This document shows, piece after piece, positions 61,922 to 64,000 of a DNA stretch of 64,000 nt (within the stretch, counting starts at the first letter, position 1; the number at the start of each line of letters is the position of its first letter). Source of the DNA: Eledone cirrhosa (taxonomy: Eukaryota); the NCBI GenBank assembly GCA_964016885.1, contig OZ024740.1:51336001-51400000 (forward strand), in the 5' to 3' direction. The position numbers were made by a program, and so were the translations under genes. The notes under the pieces were generated by a model, which was not told the origin of the DNA, searched no databases, and saw only the letters and a list, made by a program, of their open reading frames with translations.

Positions 61922-64000
61922 TGTTAGTATCAGTGTATATATATTATTAAGAATGACAATAAATGCAGGTGAGTGTTGTGACTTCACAGAAGTCAAATAA
62001 ATTAATAGAAATAATTTTACCACATGTTGATGGTCAGTTGGTCACAACTCCCAGACCGGAGTGTGTAGAGAAGAACAGAAATCTTCCCTTGGTAAGGTTC
62101 AAGTGGTCCTTTCGGCTGCCGGTGCAGGAAGTGGTAGTTAATGCCTTGATGTCCTCAAATATATAGTCCCCAGGGGAACGCAACTCCATTTAGTACATGG
62201 ATCTGCCAATGGGAGTCGAGACCGTCACAAAGGGACGCAACTCCTATACGTATCTGCCACTGGGAGTCGCGACCGTCACAAAGGGACGCAACTCCTATAC
62301 GTGCTGAGTTACAGCCGTAAGGGGCCGCTACAGTACCCTCCTCCAGACGATAGGCGAAAAGCCCGAAGGTAACTGTAGTGAACCCACAAGCATGGCCTCC
62401 CAGCACAGGCATGAAATATTAACGCAAAGGTACATGTATAAATCAGGCATGAAATAGTAACGAAAAGGTACATGTATAAATCGGGCATGAAATAGTAACG
62501 AAAAGGTACATGTATACATAGTAATACAATAAAGAGAAAAACAAAAAAGGCTCCAGTGGCCAGTTCACATGAAAACAGTTTGGCAGAGTTTTGGGGGCCA
62601 GTGGACTCTTCGACCGGTGAAGGTGGGGCAGAAGGAGCAGGTGTATGCACAAGAGAGAAAGATTGGGGTATTTGTGGCTCGGGTGTATGAGCGTCATTGT
62701 ATGCCCTTTTTAGTCTATCCACCGAAATTGTCTCTCTGGACCCCTTAATGTCTACTGTGAAATGTTTGTCAGTACGTGCTAACACACGGTAGGGTCCAGA
62801 GTACGGCTGTGTGAGGGGTGGAGCAACCGCGTCGTTTCTGACGAATACATGTGTCCACAAGGCAATATCCCTCGGGACTGCAGCTTTAATAGTTTGTTTC
62901 CTAGTATTCATGGGCGGTAAATCCTGAAAATAGGAGCGCAAACGAGATACGTAGGAAGCTGGGTCCTGGAAAGCAATATCAACAGGGGCAAGCATTTGCC
63001 CAGGCAACGCTAGAGGAGCACCATACAGTAATTCGGCCGGTGAGAACCCATGGTCCTCTTTTATTGATGACCGAATTCATAACAACACAATAGGAAGGCA
63101 CTCGCTCCAACGTTGAGAGTTTGGATAAGCGCGAAGAGCGGCCTTTAATTGGCGGTGGAATCGTTCCACCATTCCGTTCGAAGCAGGATGATAAGCTGTG
63201 GTCCGAATCTGTTGAGCACCAATGATCTTTGTGAGCTCAGAGAAGAGATGAGACTCAAATTGTCTACCACGGTCTGTGGTGACTGTAGTTGGTACCCCAA
63301 AGCGGGTAATCCAACCTGATACCGGGGCACGCGTTACAGTCTCAGCAGTAATATCTTGTAAGGGGATGGCTTCAGGCCATCGCGAAAAACGATCGATACA
63401 GGTCAAGAGGTAAGAATATCCACTACTGACTGGCCAAGGTCCAACGATATCAATGTGGATGTGTCGAAACCGAGCATCTGGAGTACTGAAAGTACCAAGT
63501 GGAGTCCGGATGTGTCTGTGGACTTTAGATCTCTGACACTGTGTGCAGGAACGGCACCAGACAGTAATTTCTCGCCTCATATTGGGCCAGAAAAATCTAG
63601 CCGTTATAAGCTTTACCTTGGCAGAAATTCCTGGGTGAGAAATGCTGTCCAAAGCAAGGAACAAATGGTCGTGGTGAATCCGTAGATACATCACATAGAA
63701 TCTGCCTGTCGGTGGTCGACAAGGGCAGATATTTGAAGATGCAAGTCGCAAACTCGGCAGAAAGAGTATCCAACGATTGGAGTACAGGTTGGTCTGCAGC
63801 TAAACGACTTAAGTCGATCGCCTGGGATGACGAGATGGAGCTGATTGGCAAACGTGACAATGCGTCTGCAGCTATGTTAAGCGAGCCAGCAATGTGCTGG
63901 ATATCACTTGTAAATAGCGAAATGTAATCCAGGTGCCTTGTCTCTCTGGGCGAATATCTGTCGGCTTTAGCCCTCAAAGCGAAGGTCAGAGGTTTGTGGT
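61922..64000 (-). mobile_element. Gypsy element 3 (relative of element 1): RH-IN, PPT and 3' LTR (61922-62332); continues past window end
   Basis: [38 protein letters not shown]; PPT ggaggagggtac; LTR TGTAGCGG...CTAACA. Confidence 0.95.
62201..62520. repeat. Tandem repeats inside element 3: 51-bp x2 in the LTR and 37-bp x3 in the 3' UTR
   Basis: atctgcca.tgggagtcg.gaccgtcacaaagggacgcaactcctatacgt twice; ggcatgaaata.taacg.aaaggtacatgtata three times. Confidence 0.9.

Overview
AT-rich, repeat-dense eukaryotic (animal) genomic DNA. The SINE, RTE and Penelope repertoire and the (TA)n/(CA)n/(ATC)n microsatellites resemble an octopus or other coleoid cephalopod (inference). One host gene can be assembled on the + strand from four phase-compatible exons (4934-4997, 9014-10085, 34296-34386, 43671-43697; start not located). 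It encodes a single-pass mucin-like membrane protein with 8-aa SPATLPST repeats, a TM helix and a short cytoplasmic tail, across 4, 24 and 9 kb introns. The rest is mostly decayed transposons: an L1/Tx1 LINE, many RTE LINEs (three with a PHD-like finger inside the RT), Penelope-like fragments with hammerhead ribozyme motifs, a maT-type Tc1/mariner, a Helitron, CRE-like relics, MITEs, tRNA-derived SINEs and three adjacent Gypsy LTR elements at the 3' end. The most unusual signal is a recurrent class of short, (TA)n-associated fold-back palindromes built from unrelated minimal hammerhead sequences, folding back at or near ribozyme stem II. Coordinates of degenerate repeats are approximate, and all family assignments come from motif recognition by eye, not from database searches.
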